Source: a virus (Duplodnaviria > Caudoviricetes). From it: a DNA stretch of 48,679 bases. Within the stretch, counting starts at the first letter, position 1. Each line of letters begins with the position of its first letter. The stretch spans positions 1 to 48,679 of IMG/VR virus record IMGVR_UViG_3300033475_000040; one strand, written 5' to 3'. Under the pieces are notes generated by a model, which worked only from the letters and a program-made list of their open reading frames with translations, ran no database searches and had not been told where the DNA came from. Below, in pieces: positions 18,596 to 27,854 of the stretch. Position numbers and translations under genes: made by a program.

Positions 18596-18624
18596 AATAA
18601 AAAAGGCCGCCGAAGCGACCTTTG
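18596..18624 (-). terminator. Probable rho-independent terminator
   Basis: Minus strand AAAGGTCGC-TTCG-GCGGCCTTTT followed by a T-run, after the 18649 stop. Confidence 0.6.
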
Positions 18625-18648
18625 TGGAAACCGAAATTAAAGCGTCGT

Positions 18649-18954
18649 TTAGACGTTAAACCCGACGACCTTCATGGTGCCGGCGGTGCCGGACATGCCG
18701 ATGTAGAGCCCCGTCACGAAGCGCGTCGGCGGAATGGAGATGGGGCCATCGGCAGTGACAGTAAGCGTGTAAAGCTCGTTGCCGCTCGTGCTGGTGCCGT
18801 CATACAGAGTGATGGCCCACGTCGTGCCCGGGGTGAGAATGCTAAGCCCAGTCAACACGCCGGGGCCAGTAGAAACCTGACCGGCGGTTGCAATTGTGGT
18901 CGTCGCGAGTTGCGAGCCAACTGGGAGATTGAGGGGATTTTGGCCGAATGCCAT
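18649..18954 (-). CDS. Small beta-rich virion protein (paralog A)
   Basis: 101 aa; GPGVL...ITLYD pattern. Confidence 0.65.
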   Translation of the reverse strand: MAFGQNPLNLPVGSQLATTTIATAGQVSTGPGVLTGLSILTPGTTWAITLYDGTSTSGNELYTLTVTADGPISIPPTRFVTGLYIGMSGTAGTMKVVGFNV

Positions 18955-18972
18955 GTCGATGGTTCCTTTGAG

Positions 18973-19278
18973 TTAAGCGTAACAGACAGAGATCGTCGCG
19001 CCGGTCGGAACCGCCGAGATCGTGATGCCAGCGAGACAGACAAACCAATTCGCGTTGATGATCGGCTGTGTCAGCGAGCCATATGCGATGGAGACAATCT
19101 GATTTGCCGCTGCGGCAGCGATTGTGGTCGTGCAATCGTTGATCGTCAGTGCGCCGGCTGTAGGAGTGCCGGATACCGTGATCGTGACAAGATTGCCGGG
19201 CGCAGCCTTGATTACCGTAGGCGCGGTGATATTCAGGACGGTTTTTACGCCGCCCTGCGTCATGGAATATCCGGCCAT
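18973..19278 (-). CDS. Small beta-rich virion protein (paralog B)
   Basis: 101 aa; LNITAPTVIKAAPGNL...LTIND pattern. Confidence 0.65.
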   Translation of the reverse strand: MAGYSMTQGGVKTVLNITAPTVIKAAPGNLVTITVSGTPTAGALTINDCTTTIAAAAANQIVSIAYGSLTQPIINANWFVCLAGITISAVPTGATISVCYA

Positions 19279-19286
19279 TTCGGCTC

Positions 19287-20297
19287 CTAATTCGAGAAAT
19301 TGAATGTCTCAGCGACAGACGTAATCAACCGCACGGCAAGATCGCTCACAGCGCTCTGGTAATAGCTGACCGTCATGTCGAGAGTTTTTTTCTGGGCGAT
19401 CACGCCAATTTCGCGCTGCGTCAGCTTGGCGTCGCGCAACACAGGATCGTCTCTACAGACCCCGAATGCGTCAGTCGTGAGAGAATAATTTAACAGGTAA
19501 TCGCGATAGGCCAGGGCCTGCTGGTTGTTGAAACCGTACAGCGTCAACCGCACGCGATCGACCATGAGTTGGTCAGACGTCGGATAGCTGAAGCCCGGCT
19601 GCCCCGGTATGGGATTCGGAGGATCGGATGGGTTCGGCCCGATACCATAAAAAGGCAGCGGCGCAAGCGCGCTCGTGTCTTCTTCGCCAATGTGCGCAAC
19701 AATGTACGGGGGCTCGATGTTGTTCGGCACCAAGAAGGACGGATACACGGTGCCAAACTGTGTCTGGCTCAACCAAATCGGCAAGCTATTGCTAACGATC
19801 GGATCGGCCGGCAAATCGGACGCGCTGTTGATGATCTGGCTCATCATCGTCGGCAAGATTGCTATGCCGCGATAATGATAGACGTCCGCTTGTTTGTAGA
19901 AATTGCCGCGCCCGGAGAAGGCGAACATTATCGGAAACGGCGTTTGGTCGTTCTGCAGAGGAGGGCCTACGGCTGCGCTTCCAAGCGACCCGATCCATAC
20001 CTGATTGGGGGCAATCACGTTAAATTCTTGCACCTCCTGTTCGGCGGTGAATATCACGTGATTGACGGCCTGCGTCTCGGTCTCGTTCTGCTGCTCTTCG
20101 ACAGCATAATGCAAAGAGCCGTCAACGCATATCGAGGAGCCTGCGGCCACCCAAAACACGTAGCCATCGGCCGGCAGGACTGTCTTGGTGTAAAGCTGGA
20201 ATGTAATCTGTTGGCCGCGGTCGATGGACTCGAGGCCTTGGCGAAAAGCCGATTCTAGGGCGCTCTGGGAGCCGGAAATTTCGGAGACAGAGACCAT
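19287..20297 (-). CDS. Neck / tail-completion protein
   Basis: Position; LPADGYVFWV and VYPSFLVP motifs. Confidence 0.65.
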   Translation of the reverse strand: MVSVSEISGSQSALESAFRQGLESIDRGQQITFQLYTKTVLPADGYVFWVAAGSSICVDGSLHYAVEEQQNETETQAVNHVIFTAEQEVQEFNVIAPNQVWIGSLGSAAVGPPLQNDQTPFPIMFAFSGRGNFYKQADVYHYRGIAILPTMMSQIINSASDLPADPIVSNSLPIWLSQTQFGTVYPSFLVPNNIEPPYIVAHIGEEDTSALAPLPFYGIGPNPSDPPNPIPGQPGFSYPTSDQLMVDRVRLTLYGFNNQQALAYRDYLLNYSLTTDAFGVCRDDPVLRDAKLTQREIGVIAQKKTLDMTVSYYQSAVSDLAVRLITSVAETFNFSN

Positions 20298-20303
20298 TGG
20301 TAG

Positions 20304-20774
20304 TTACCCCATCTTGCCGCTGATCCAAGAACGCATTGAGGCGGAATATAAGCCCGTGTCCACAAACGCCGCTCTTGCCTCATTGTTCTTGTTGAACCCC
20401 GACTTTTTTCGGTGATTCACGCCAATCTGAGCCGCTGCAATCTGCTGTGTCAGCGGCAAGACTGCGGAAATTTCGTCCGCATCTAGGAAGGCGCGGAACT
20501 CGACCTCAATCTTCCCCATCGCTGTGTCAAATGGGTCTCGATTTGAACGATGGCCTGCGACAATGTCGTCTATTTGATCTTGGACGGCTTCAGCAAGCCA
20601 CTGGTCTATCTTCTCTTTGCGAGATTCGTAGAAAATCTCCATCACGTGGTATTGGGCTTCCAAAATTTCTGCGACAGCACCCGTTGTCGTATTGGACGCT
20701 TTGCCACTCTTGCGCTTGTATTTTCCACTAGCGTCCGAATAAGCCATGTCCAAGACGCCGAGATTCAACTTCAC
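20304..20774 (-). CDS. Neck / tail-completion (virion morphogenesis) protein
   Basis: GTGA overlap with the upstream stop; VAEILE and FVDTGLY motifs. Confidence 0.7.
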   Translation of the reverse strand: MKLNLGVLDMAYSDASGKYKRKSGKASNTTTGAVAEILEAQYHVMEIFYESRKEKIDQWLAEAVQDQIDDIVAGHRSNRDPFDTAMGKIEVEFRAFLDADEISAVLPLTQQIAAAQIGVNHRKKSGFNKNNEARAAFVDTGLYSASMRSWISGKMG

Positions 20775-21235
20775 GTCAAACCCCAAATCGAAGGGCCGGC
20801 ATCTTGCGCATATGCAAGGTACTCGCGACCGTACGGAGTGCGATAGAAATTTAAATCTCCGAGCGTCATATTCCGCATCCCCTCACCTATCGCGAAGGAA
20901 TTTGACGTGCTCTCGTCGCCCGAAGACTGAATTATGCCGATCTCCGGCTCCGCAAGCTTCATACTGCTGCGGGCCTGCGCGAAGAAACTTTGCCCCGGCT
21001 GGTCCGGTGTGATCTTGAGCAGGATATGGCCGCCGCAATTATACACTGCGAGGACATATTCGATCGGCGTCACGGTCGGAAAAAACGCTACCAGCGCTAT
21101 CGCCTGATTGAACGCATATTCAAGCCACACAGAACCCGCTGGAAGCGCCGCCATAGGCACGCCCATCGATCCGTAGACCCAACTCGAAAAGTCGGTCAGG
21201 TTCGGGGCGTTTGGATTTGTCCACGAACCCGACAT
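20771..21235 (-). CDS. Head-tail adaptor (DUF4054-like)
   Basis: AVYNCGGHIL, GIIQSSGDESTS and TPYGREYL motifs; ATG at 21235. Confidence 0.75.
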   Translation of the reverse strand: MSGSWTNPNAPNLTDFSSWVYGSMGVPMAALPAGSVWLEYAFNQAIALVAFFPTVTPIEYVLAVYNCGGHILLKITPDQPGQSFFAQARSSMKLAEPEIGIIQSSGDESTSNSFAIGEGMRNMTLGDLNFYRTPYGREYLAYAQDAGPSIWGLT

Positions 21236-21239
21236 AGCG

Positions 21240-21749
21240 TTAGACCGGCAGGGCCACGTCTTTGCGGCCCTCGGGGTCAACGGTCAGATCAAAGTGAACC
21301 TCATTTCCCGTCGCGCGTGAGCGCGGGTCGATCTGCTGTTCGACTTCGACACGGGTCTGCTTCGCGCCAACGCGCCGCGCCTCATTCGGACGACGTACGG
21401 CGCGGTCGAAGCCAAGCGCAGCCTTCGTAGCCTCGCGCACCGAACGCTCCTGCTGGGTCTCGACAACCGCCTCGTGGCCCAGCTTGATTTCGTCCTCACT
21501 GATCACCGCATCATTGCGATAGGTGATGCCGTGAAACGCGCCCATGTTGCCGTAGACCTCTGCAGCGTCGCGCGCGCCGTAGCGCTCAAGCTGCTGGATC
21601 ACGAGGACTTTTTGTTCGTTCGACCACTTTTGTCCAATGACCTGTTGCGATCCGCTGAAGATTTTCAGCGTCTGAACAAGGTTGTGGACAGGCTCCCGGT
21701 ACTGAAATTCAAGGTTGGCCTTGGTGGCGTTCGCGATGGCTAATGTCAT
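21240..21749 (-). CDS. Phage head-region protein
   Basis: 169 aa ORF immediately after the capsid gene. Confidence 0.65.
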   Translation of the reverse strand: MTLAIANATKANLEFQYREPVHNLVQTLKIFSGSQQVIGQKWSNEQKVLVIQQLERYGARDAAEVYGNMGAFHGITYRNDAVISEDEIKLGHEAVVETQQERSVREATKAALGFDRAVRRPNEARRVGAKQTRVEVEQQIDPRSRATGNEVHFDLTVDPEGRKDVALPV

Positions 21750-21760
21750 GTTTCGCCCAT

Positions 21761-21785
21761 AAAAAAAGACGCCGTAGCGCCCGGG
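21761..21785 (-). terminator. Probable terminator after the major capsid gene
   Basis: Minus strand GGGCGC-TACG-GCGTCT followed by a T-run. Confidence 0.55.
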
Positions 21786-21825
21786 TTAACAGATGATTGA
21801 AGGCTTTTAGTCGGCCGGCCGCAGG

Positions 21826-22854
21826 TTAGTGCGGCATGCTCAGAATGCTGATTCCCTGCGGCCTGATATTCCAGCCGGAGGTAATGCGCTGTTCGTAGAC
21901 CTTGGTGATCCCGCCGTCGGGGATTGGGGTCGGCATGCTCATCGGCGCCGCCAGGTCGGAGTACATCAAGTTCACAGCCTTAAGCTGCGGCTGGAACTCC
22001 GCGCCGAACACGTTGGTGTTCATCGACGGCATCGACGGCGCTTCGATCTCCGGCATGGTCAAGATAACGGCATCCGCGCCGCCCGCGCCCTGGCCGATCA
22101 GCGTATCATCATAGTACCACTCGAAGCTGTCGCCGTTCTCGGTCACGACGGTAGCAATCACCTGGCCGGTGGTCGAGGTGCCGGCGCCGGGACGCTGATA
22201 CGAAGTGACCTGAACGATGCCGGCTTCGGCGAGCTGCAGGAACACGCGCTGCGGCGAAATCGCGATGATTTTGTTGCGGATATTGCCGCCGGATTGCCAC
22301 ATGCGGCTCTTGAGCGTGACGATCTGGTTCAAGAAGAACAGCGCCATCTGCCCATTGTCATAGGTGGAGACGGTGGTATTGCCGTAGCTATCCGGCGGCA
22401 GGGTGACGAGCGTGGCGCCGCTGGTGTTCATCAGCCCTTCGCCGTTGGCGGGGTTGAAGCCGTACAGAAGCGCGGTGCGCATCTGCTGGAAGATGCCCTG
22501 GAAAGCCGCCAGATCGAGGGCGGACGGCACGGACACGTTCCAGTCGCCGCCGCGGGCAGTATCGTGATGATCCCACTGCGCGCGGGTACGGATCAGGTAC
22601 GTCGGCGTGTTGTAGTAGGTCACGGCCAGCGAGGCGGACGGCAGGTTGTTGCTCGGGCTCTGCGAGGCGGTCACATCGGAGCGCAGATCGAGCGCGTTAA
22701 TGTAAACGGCCATATCTTCGGAGCCGATTTTGACGCGCGGCTTGCCGCCAGCGAGAGCCGCGAATGCGCCGGACGCCTGCGCATAGGTGACGATGTATTC
22801 AGGCTCAGTAAAGCTCGGCGAGATCTTCGCGGAGGTCGGGAAAATTACGGGCAT
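21826..22854 (-). CDS. Major capsid protein
   Basis: 342 aa after scaffold and decoration genes; strong codon bias; YAQASGAF and RITSGWNIRPQG motifs. Confidence 0.88.
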   Translation of the reverse strand: MPVIFPTSAKISPSFTEPEYIVTYAQASGAFAALAGGKPRVKIGSEDMAVYINALDLRSDVTASQSPSNNLPSASLAVTYYNTPTYLIRTRAQWDHHDTARGGDWNVSVPSALDLAAFQGIFQQMRTALLYGFNPANGEGLMNTSGATLVTLPPDSYGNTTVSTYDNGQMALFFLNQIVTLKSRMWQSGGNIRNKIIAISPQRVFLQLAEAGIVQVTSYQRPGAGTSTTGQVIATVVTENGDSFEWYYDDTLIGQGAGGADAVILTMPEIEAPSMPSMNTNVFGAEFQPQLKAVNLMYSDLAAPMSMPTPIPDGGITKVYEQRITSGWNIRPQGISILSMPH

Positions 22855-22865
22855 CTATTTGCTCC

Positions 22866-23489
22866 TTAAAGCTGGATGAGCGCGGCCGTGCCGGCAGACC
22901 AGCTCGCGACGGAGCCGTTCCAGCTAACGATCTTGCTGTTGGTGTTGATGCTCAGCAGCTTGACCCCGGTCAGGGCAAAGTTGCCGGTGGTCGTGAGCGT
23001 GATCCGGAAGTTGGTCGTGTCCCAAAACAGAGCCGGCTGAGAGATCGCCTCGTTGGCGCTCTGCAGGGTCGTCAGGAGCGCCGGATCGCACTGCACCGCA
23101 ACGCGAGCGTTAGTGCCGAAGCGATAGAAGTTCACGCCGTTGCTGACAGAGGCCAGGGGGACAGTATTGCCCGGCGTGATGACCATGTGGGCGGCCTGGT
23201 TGAACACGGCGATGCCGGTCGCAGCGCCGGCGCTGGTACCGGGGGCGGCGGTCGCGCGGGCTACGGTCGGGCCAAGCGCTTCGGCGTTAGTACCGAGCAG
23301 ATTGACGAATTCCGAAACAGGAACGCCGCCCCACATCGGCAGGGTCTCGCTGGTCGCGAGAATGCCGCTGGCCAGCCAGTTCTTGGATGACGGGTCATCC
23401 GACGCCAACCCCTGGATATAGCCCTGGGTTTCCTGGAGAAAGGAATTCTGGGGCTGGTTGGTGAGATACGGGTTGAACGAAATGGTCAT
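22866..23489 (-). CDS. Head decoration / cement protein
   Basis: Between scaffold and capsid; GYIQG and PMWGGVPVSE motifs. Confidence 0.75.
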   Translation of the reverse strand: MTISFNPYLTNQPQNSFLQETQGYIQGLASDDPSSKNWLASGILATSETLPMWGGVPVSEFVNLLGTNAEALGPTVARATAAPGTSAGAATGIAVFNQAAHMVITPGNTVPLASVSNGVNFYRFGTNARVAVQCDPALLTTLQSANEAISQPALFWDTTNFRITLTTTGNFALTGVKLLSINTNSKIVSWNGSVASWSAGTAALIQL

Positions 23490-23492
23490 AGT

Positions 23493-25022
23493 TTAGATCC
23501 CCCTCTGCGGGCGGATAAACTTGCCCACCTGGGCGCCCGTCATGAAATGTTGCATCCAGGCCATCGGATCACCGTGCCACTTGGTGATCTTGCGGCCCGC
23601 GTCGTCGTTGTAGTGCTCGGCGAACATCAGTCCGGCGCCGCTGGTCGAATCCTTGCGCGCGGCTTCCACGGCCTCATCAACGATGATCTTCTCGATGGGC
23701 TCCAGCATGGCGGTGTCGAGGCTATCGAAGCGGCTATCCTTGAACTGCGCCGAGTGCTTCTTGAAGCGATCGAGATTGCGCTTGCGATAGGCGAGCGGGG
23801 ATTCCCCAGGCAACGGCGGATCGGCGCGCTCACCGTGCATCGCGGCGACGGAATCGAACTTGCTCTGCGCCTGGGCGAGAGCGTCGCGATCTGCGGCGCT
23901 GGTCTGGCGGGTCACTTCGCGCATGGAGGCGGTCAGCGCGGCGAGCTGGGACTTGAGATCGGCGATCTCGGCGTTGGCGCCAGCGGCATCCTTGCGGGCC
24001 GCGTCTTCGCGGGCCTTGTTGGCTTTTTCCAAAGCGCGAGCCTCCTCAGCGGTTTCGGCGTCCTTGCGATCCTTGCGGGCGCGGTCAGCGGCAACGGTTT
24101 CGTCGCAGCCCTCTTCCATTGCGTCCTTGCGGGCAGCATCCTCGTCGGCGTCGAAGCGCTTCTTCATGTCCTCATCGGACTCACCGTCCTTGCGGGCGCC
24201 GAAGCGGTCTTTGCGAGCCGCGTCACGACGGGCGCGATCGGCCTTGGCCCTTTCCTCGGCCTCGGCGGCATCCTTGCGAGCTTTATCGGCGCGCTCTTCT
24301 TCGGCCTTCTTCTCTTCGGCGTCTTTGCGCGCAGCGTCATAGGAGTCCATGCGGCCGGAAAGCCCTTTCAAGGCGTCCAGCACAGCATCCAGTTTCGCAG
24401 CATCGTCGCGGGCTGCAGCCGCTTTATCGTCTTCGGCCATTTCGTTTTCCTGTGTTAAAGCGGTTGTCAGCACGCCCGTTGGAGGGCCGCCTTTATCCCA
24501 GACGCCGAGGTCGCCGGTGCCGTCTTTTCCGACACCGAGAACGGCGATGTGATCCCAGATTGCTGGGTCACCCTCAAAAAGAAGACTGTGCCCGTCTTCA
24601 ACTTTGAAAGATTTGCTGTTTGAGTCCGGCCCAAAAACGACACCAGGGCTAGTGCTCAACTGCGTTTCGGTCATAAGCTGCGCCGCGTCTGCATCGTAGA
24701 TGCGACACACGCCGCGCAATTCATCTCCGGAAACATAGGGCAACATGACAGACCCTATGGCTCTCTCGCCGAATTCTTTAGAATTCAGTTTTGAGACTTC
24801 TTCTGGGTGCCCCCAAATAACCGGGAGCCCCGCCACCCTCGCGATTGTCTCTTCCGACAACACTATTGACGGATCGCGCCAGACAAATTCTTTAATGCTC
24901 GGCCTAAATGCAGCGCCGCTTCCAGAAATCCGAAGGTCGAAAATCCACATCGTCCCGACTTTTTGTGGAGACGGCAAAATACCGTCTCGCACCTGCCGGG
25001 CGATTTCCAATTCAGTCGCCAT
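23493..25022 (-). CDS. Prohead protease (DUF2213-like) fused to scaffold
   Basis: GLPVIWGHP, QLSTSPGV and DHIAV motifs, followed by a charged coiled coil. Internal ATG at 24440 with AGGA RBS suggests a nested scaffold product. Confidence 0.85.
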   Translation of the reverse strand: MATELEIARQVRDGILPSPQKVGTMWIFDLRISGSGAAFRPSIKEFVWRDPSIVLSEETIARVAGLPVIWGHPEEVSKLNSKEFGERAIGSVMLPYVSGDELRGVCRIYDADAAQLMTETQLSTSPGVVFGPDSNSKSFKVEDGHSLLFEGDPAIWDHIAVLGVGKDGTGDLGVWDKGGPPTGVLTTALTQENEMAEDDKAAAARDDAAKLDAVLDALKGLSGRMDSYDAARKDAEEKKAEEERADKARKDAAEAEERAKADRARRDAARKDRFGARKDGESDEDMKKRFDADEDAARKDAMEEGCDETVAADRARKDRKDAETAEEARALEKANKAREDAARKDAAGANAEIADLKSQLAALTASMREVTRQTSAADRDALAQAQSKFDSVAAMHGERADPPLPGESPLAYRKRNLDRFKKHSAQFKDSRFDSLDTAMLEPIEKIIVDEAVEAARKDSTSGAGLMFAEHYNDDAGRKITKWHGDPMAWMQHFMTGAQVGKFIRPQRGI

Positions 25023-25032
25023 TTCCGCCCCT

Positions 25033-25566
25033 CTATTTCGGAGCGAGCAGCGAATCCGCACGCTTCATCAGTTGGTCTGTAGCCACCATGACGGCATCCA
25101 ATTTCGCCGAATGCTCACGGTTCCAAGCTAGCTTCTCAGCAAACACCGCCTGTTCTTCCGGTATCGTCTCGCCAGTCAGCTTCCGCAGGGCCGCCTCACA
25201 TCCAGGATGCATCGGCAACGGCGGGTCATTAGCAGGAGCCCATGCCCATGCGGTGTTTTCCCAGTTCAACGTCGGGACGAATTCGGCGTTCACATCAGCC
25301 AGGAACGTCGTGTAGCTGACGGGCTGTTCATAGTCGGTCGGATCGTCGTTGACCCTATGCGTCCACTGAACCGGGTTGCTGTGCGGGTTAGCGCCTGCTT
25401 CTTCTCGGGCTTCGCGTTCGGCGGTTTGTTCGGGCGTTTCGCCCGGCTCGGTTCGGCCGCCGGGGAAGTGCCAGCATCCGGCGAAATCTGAGCCAGGTCC
25501 ACGCTTGAGATATAAGATCCGCCCCGTCGCCGTGCATTTAAGCATAAGGCCGGCGGCGTGGATCAT
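25033..25566 (-). CDS. Nudix hydrolase in the head module
   Basis: Intact Nudix box GRTEPGETPEQTAEREAREEAG. Confidence 0.9.
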   Translation of the reverse strand: MIHAAGLMLKCTATGRILYLKRGPGSDFAGCWHFPGGRTEPGETPEQTAEREAREEAGANPHSNPVQWTHRVNDDPTDYEQPVSYTTFLADVNAEFVPTLNWENTAWAWAPANDPPLPMHPGCEAALRKLTGETIPEEQAVFAEKLAWNREHSAKLDAVMVATDQLMKRADSLLAPK

Positions 25567-25624
25567 TGAAAAGTTCCGGGTATTTTGCTAGGGATAATGG
25601 GAGCAACGCCCCGGAGATAGCCGA

Positions 25625-25963
25625 ATGAAGATCATTGACCGCGCGCAGTTTTTGCGGCTTCCAGAAGGAACGATCTACGCCAAAGGTAAGAAGTGGCTCT
25701 TTGGCAATATCGAAATCAAAGGCGAGACCACCCGAGACGGCAACGATTGGTGGTCGCTAGAGCCATGCTGGGTTGATGCTCACGACAGCGGGCAAGCGTT
25801 TGACCGCCTGGAAGAGATGATCTCAACCGGCGCGGAGTATCCGATGCAAAATAGCGAAAGTCGCGACGGGATGAATGAGCCCGACGAACTGTTTATGATC
25901 TTCGGGCTGGAAGACCTGAAGGAACTTCGCGGCTATATCGACGCGGCTATTGCGCTTGGCTAA
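25625..25963 (+). CDS. Hypothetical protein, counter-oriented moron
   Basis: GGAG RBS; 112 aa; opposite strand to the head genes. Confidence 0.7.
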   Translation: MKIIDRAQFLRLPEGTIYAKGKKWLFGNIEIKGETTRDGNDWWSLEPCWVDAHDSGQAFDRLEEMISTGAEYPMQNSESRDGMNEPDELFMIFGLEDLKELRGYIDAAIALG

Positions 25964-26166
25964 ACCGTCGCCCCCGTCACGAACGCATCCCACCGCTTCA
26001 CCAGCCCGTCGCAAGCCGCAAGGATCGCGTCTAGGCGGTCATGGCGGTACTTATCGGCGGTGCGTTCGGCGATCGCGACAGCTTGGGCTTCCGGCCGTCC
26101 AGCGTGGCGCTCGATGGCGATGTTCTCGGACACCGCTTTGGCGCTCGATCCTTGAACCAGAGGCAT
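25960..26166 (-). CDS. Small conserved head-module protein
   Basis: GGAGG RBS; MPLVQGSS...VSENI...AGRP..QAVAIA motif common in phage head modules. Confidence 0.75.
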   Translation of the reverse strand: MPLVQGSSAKAVSENIAIERHAGRPEAQAVAIAERTADKYRHDRLDAILAACDGLVKRWDAFVTGATV

Positions 26167-26177
26167 CCCACCCTCCG

Positions 26178-26366
26178 TCAATACAACCTATCGTCGTCCC
26201 GACTAACCGGGCCGCCGAAAATCCCCCGCCTCAGCTTGGCGAAATGCCCCCACAGCGCGTCAATATCGACCCAGCGCGTGCCGTCTTCACGCGTCACGAC
26301 TGTAATCCCCGCTTTACGCAGGGCGGCGATCCATAGCTCTTTCGGGTCGATCTCGAAGGAGGGCAT
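26178..26366 (-). CDS. Hypothetical protein
   Basis: 62 aa ORF in the operon direction. Confidence 0.45.
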   Translation of the reverse strand: MPSFEIDPKELWIAALRKAGITVVTREDGTRWVDIDALWGHFAKLRRGIFGGPVSRDDDRLY

Positions 26367-26406
26367 TCAGGGCGTTTAGCAGATTTTGGTCGGGAAACAA
26401 AGGCTG

Positions 26407-27141
26407 TTACGCTGCTATCTTGGTCTGTTCTTTAGAAGAATCGTGGTAGTTAACGAGTTTTCTGGCGGCAGAGATCATGTCATTATCGCTCATCTGGCCG
26501 CGGAACATGTTGAAGCACTGGAGAATTATCCTAATGTTCCCAGGCTCATACCCCCGAAAGGAATCAATCCGATCAAATGACGGCGAGTTCCACTGAGCAC
26601 CCTGCTTGCCATTCCTGCGGTACAGGATACCCGACAAAGCACATCGCCCACCAGACTTCTCAATAACCTCTACGATCTGGTCAACTGTAAGATTGACAGT
26701 TACTTTTCTTCCGGCCTTCTTTTGGCGGCGGATGCTACGCAAAAACCTTCCCGCCCAAGCCCTGGTAGGATTAGCCTCTGCCCACGCTATATTTTTAGCG
26801 TCAACGTGCTCTTTGTTCTCTTGGTAGTATCGTTTGCCGTATCTTTTTGCAGCTTCCGGGTTTCGTGTCTTCGGCTGAGGATTCTCAGCGTATCTCTTTT
26901 TCGAGTTTTCAGACGAACACTTGTAACACGTCGAATTTATAACCGCCCGTCGATCCACATGCCCATGCGGGCATGGATTCCCGGTAAAATACCATACCAT
27001 CCCGCACGCCTTAGCCTCGGAAATTGAAACTAAGCGGCGCTCACCGTGCTTCCACGCTTGATAAAATCTTTCCCTTTTTCCGTCAGCATGCTCTGCGGAA
27101 GTCGGCGGATGGACGTTATCCATTGGTAATAACACGTGCAA
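26407..27141 (-). CDS. HNH-variant endonuclease; start uncertain, overlaps the MuF 3' end
   Basis: YFTGNPCPHGH domain; GRCALSG and SPSFDRID...GY...N...CFN motifs; low GC. Confidence 0.75.
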   Translation of the reverse strand: MHVLLPMDNVHPPTSAEHADGKRERFYQAWKHGERRLVSISEAKACGMVWYFTGNPCPHGHVDRRAVINSTCYKCSSENSKKRYAENPQPKTRNPEAAKRYGKRYYQENKEHVDAKNIAWAEANPTRAWAGRFLRSIRRQKKAGRKVTVNLTVDQIVEVIEKSGGRCALSGILYRRNGKQGAQWNSPSFDRIDSFRGYEPGNIRIILQCFNMFRGQMSDNDMISAARKLVNYHDSSKEQTKIAA

Positions 27142-27854
27142 TACGGCAATTGTGCGGGGCGCTCAACTTCATCGGTATAACGGCATCCATCAAGTTTTAT
27201 TAGGCCTTTTTCAATAGCCCAATTCCCGCGAACCACAAAGATTTTTTCATCAAAATCCTTATGTTCTCTGCGAAAATCGTAAGCCTGACGCCGCCAATGT
27301 GAATGCCATACCCCAGCAATCGCGCCGTTATCCAGGGCGACGATCTCCGAAACATTGGAGACCAGTTTCATGCCCTGATCGATCGCGACGCGTCTGCATT
27401 CGAAGCGATACTGCGTCAGTTGCTTGCCGACGCGCTTCTTAACCTCAGTCCGCGTCTCGTCACTAACGCCGCTCATCGGGATCGACGTAGCCCAGCCGCT
27501 GACCTGAGCGAGCGTCTTGTTCACCGCCTCATGACGGCGCAGACGGATCAAATCCGTAGCCGCCATAATCCGCCGATCCAGCTCAGCCCTCAACTGCGGC
27601 CGCACCATCTGGAGCGTATACCGCGGCACACCCGGTACGTACTTATCAACGCCGCCCTTATCCACCAGCCGCCCGAAGATTGCGAACAGCGCCGCTTGCA
27701 TCTCAGCATCAATGCGCTCTGGCGTGCCAAGTTCGTGTTCCGCAGCCTCGCGCAGCAGGCGTAGCCAATGCTCGATCTGGTCTGGGCTCTCGTAGCCGTT
27801 GGTCGAGATGTCCGCGACGGCTTGGGTTAGGATGTCGCGGAAAGTGTAGGTCAT
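27030..27854 (-). CDS. MuF-like head morphogenesis / minor head protein
   Basis: Follows the portal; RRVAIDQ, R.EH...D and PAQLPYCTC motifs. Confidence 0.8.
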   Translation of the reverse strand: MTYTFRDILTQAVADISTNGYESPDQIEHWLRLLREAAEHELGTPERIDAEMQAALFAIFGRLVDKGGVDKYVPGVPRYTLQMVRPQLRAELDRRIMAATDLIRLRRHEAVNKTLAQVSGWATSIPMSGVSDETRTEVKKRVGKQLTQYRFECRRVAIDQGMKLVSNVSEIVALDNGAIAGVWHSHWRRQAYDFRREHKDFDEKIFVVRGNWAIEKGLIKLDGCRYTDEVERPAQLPYCTCYYQWITSIRRLPQSMLTEKGKDFIKRGSTVSAA

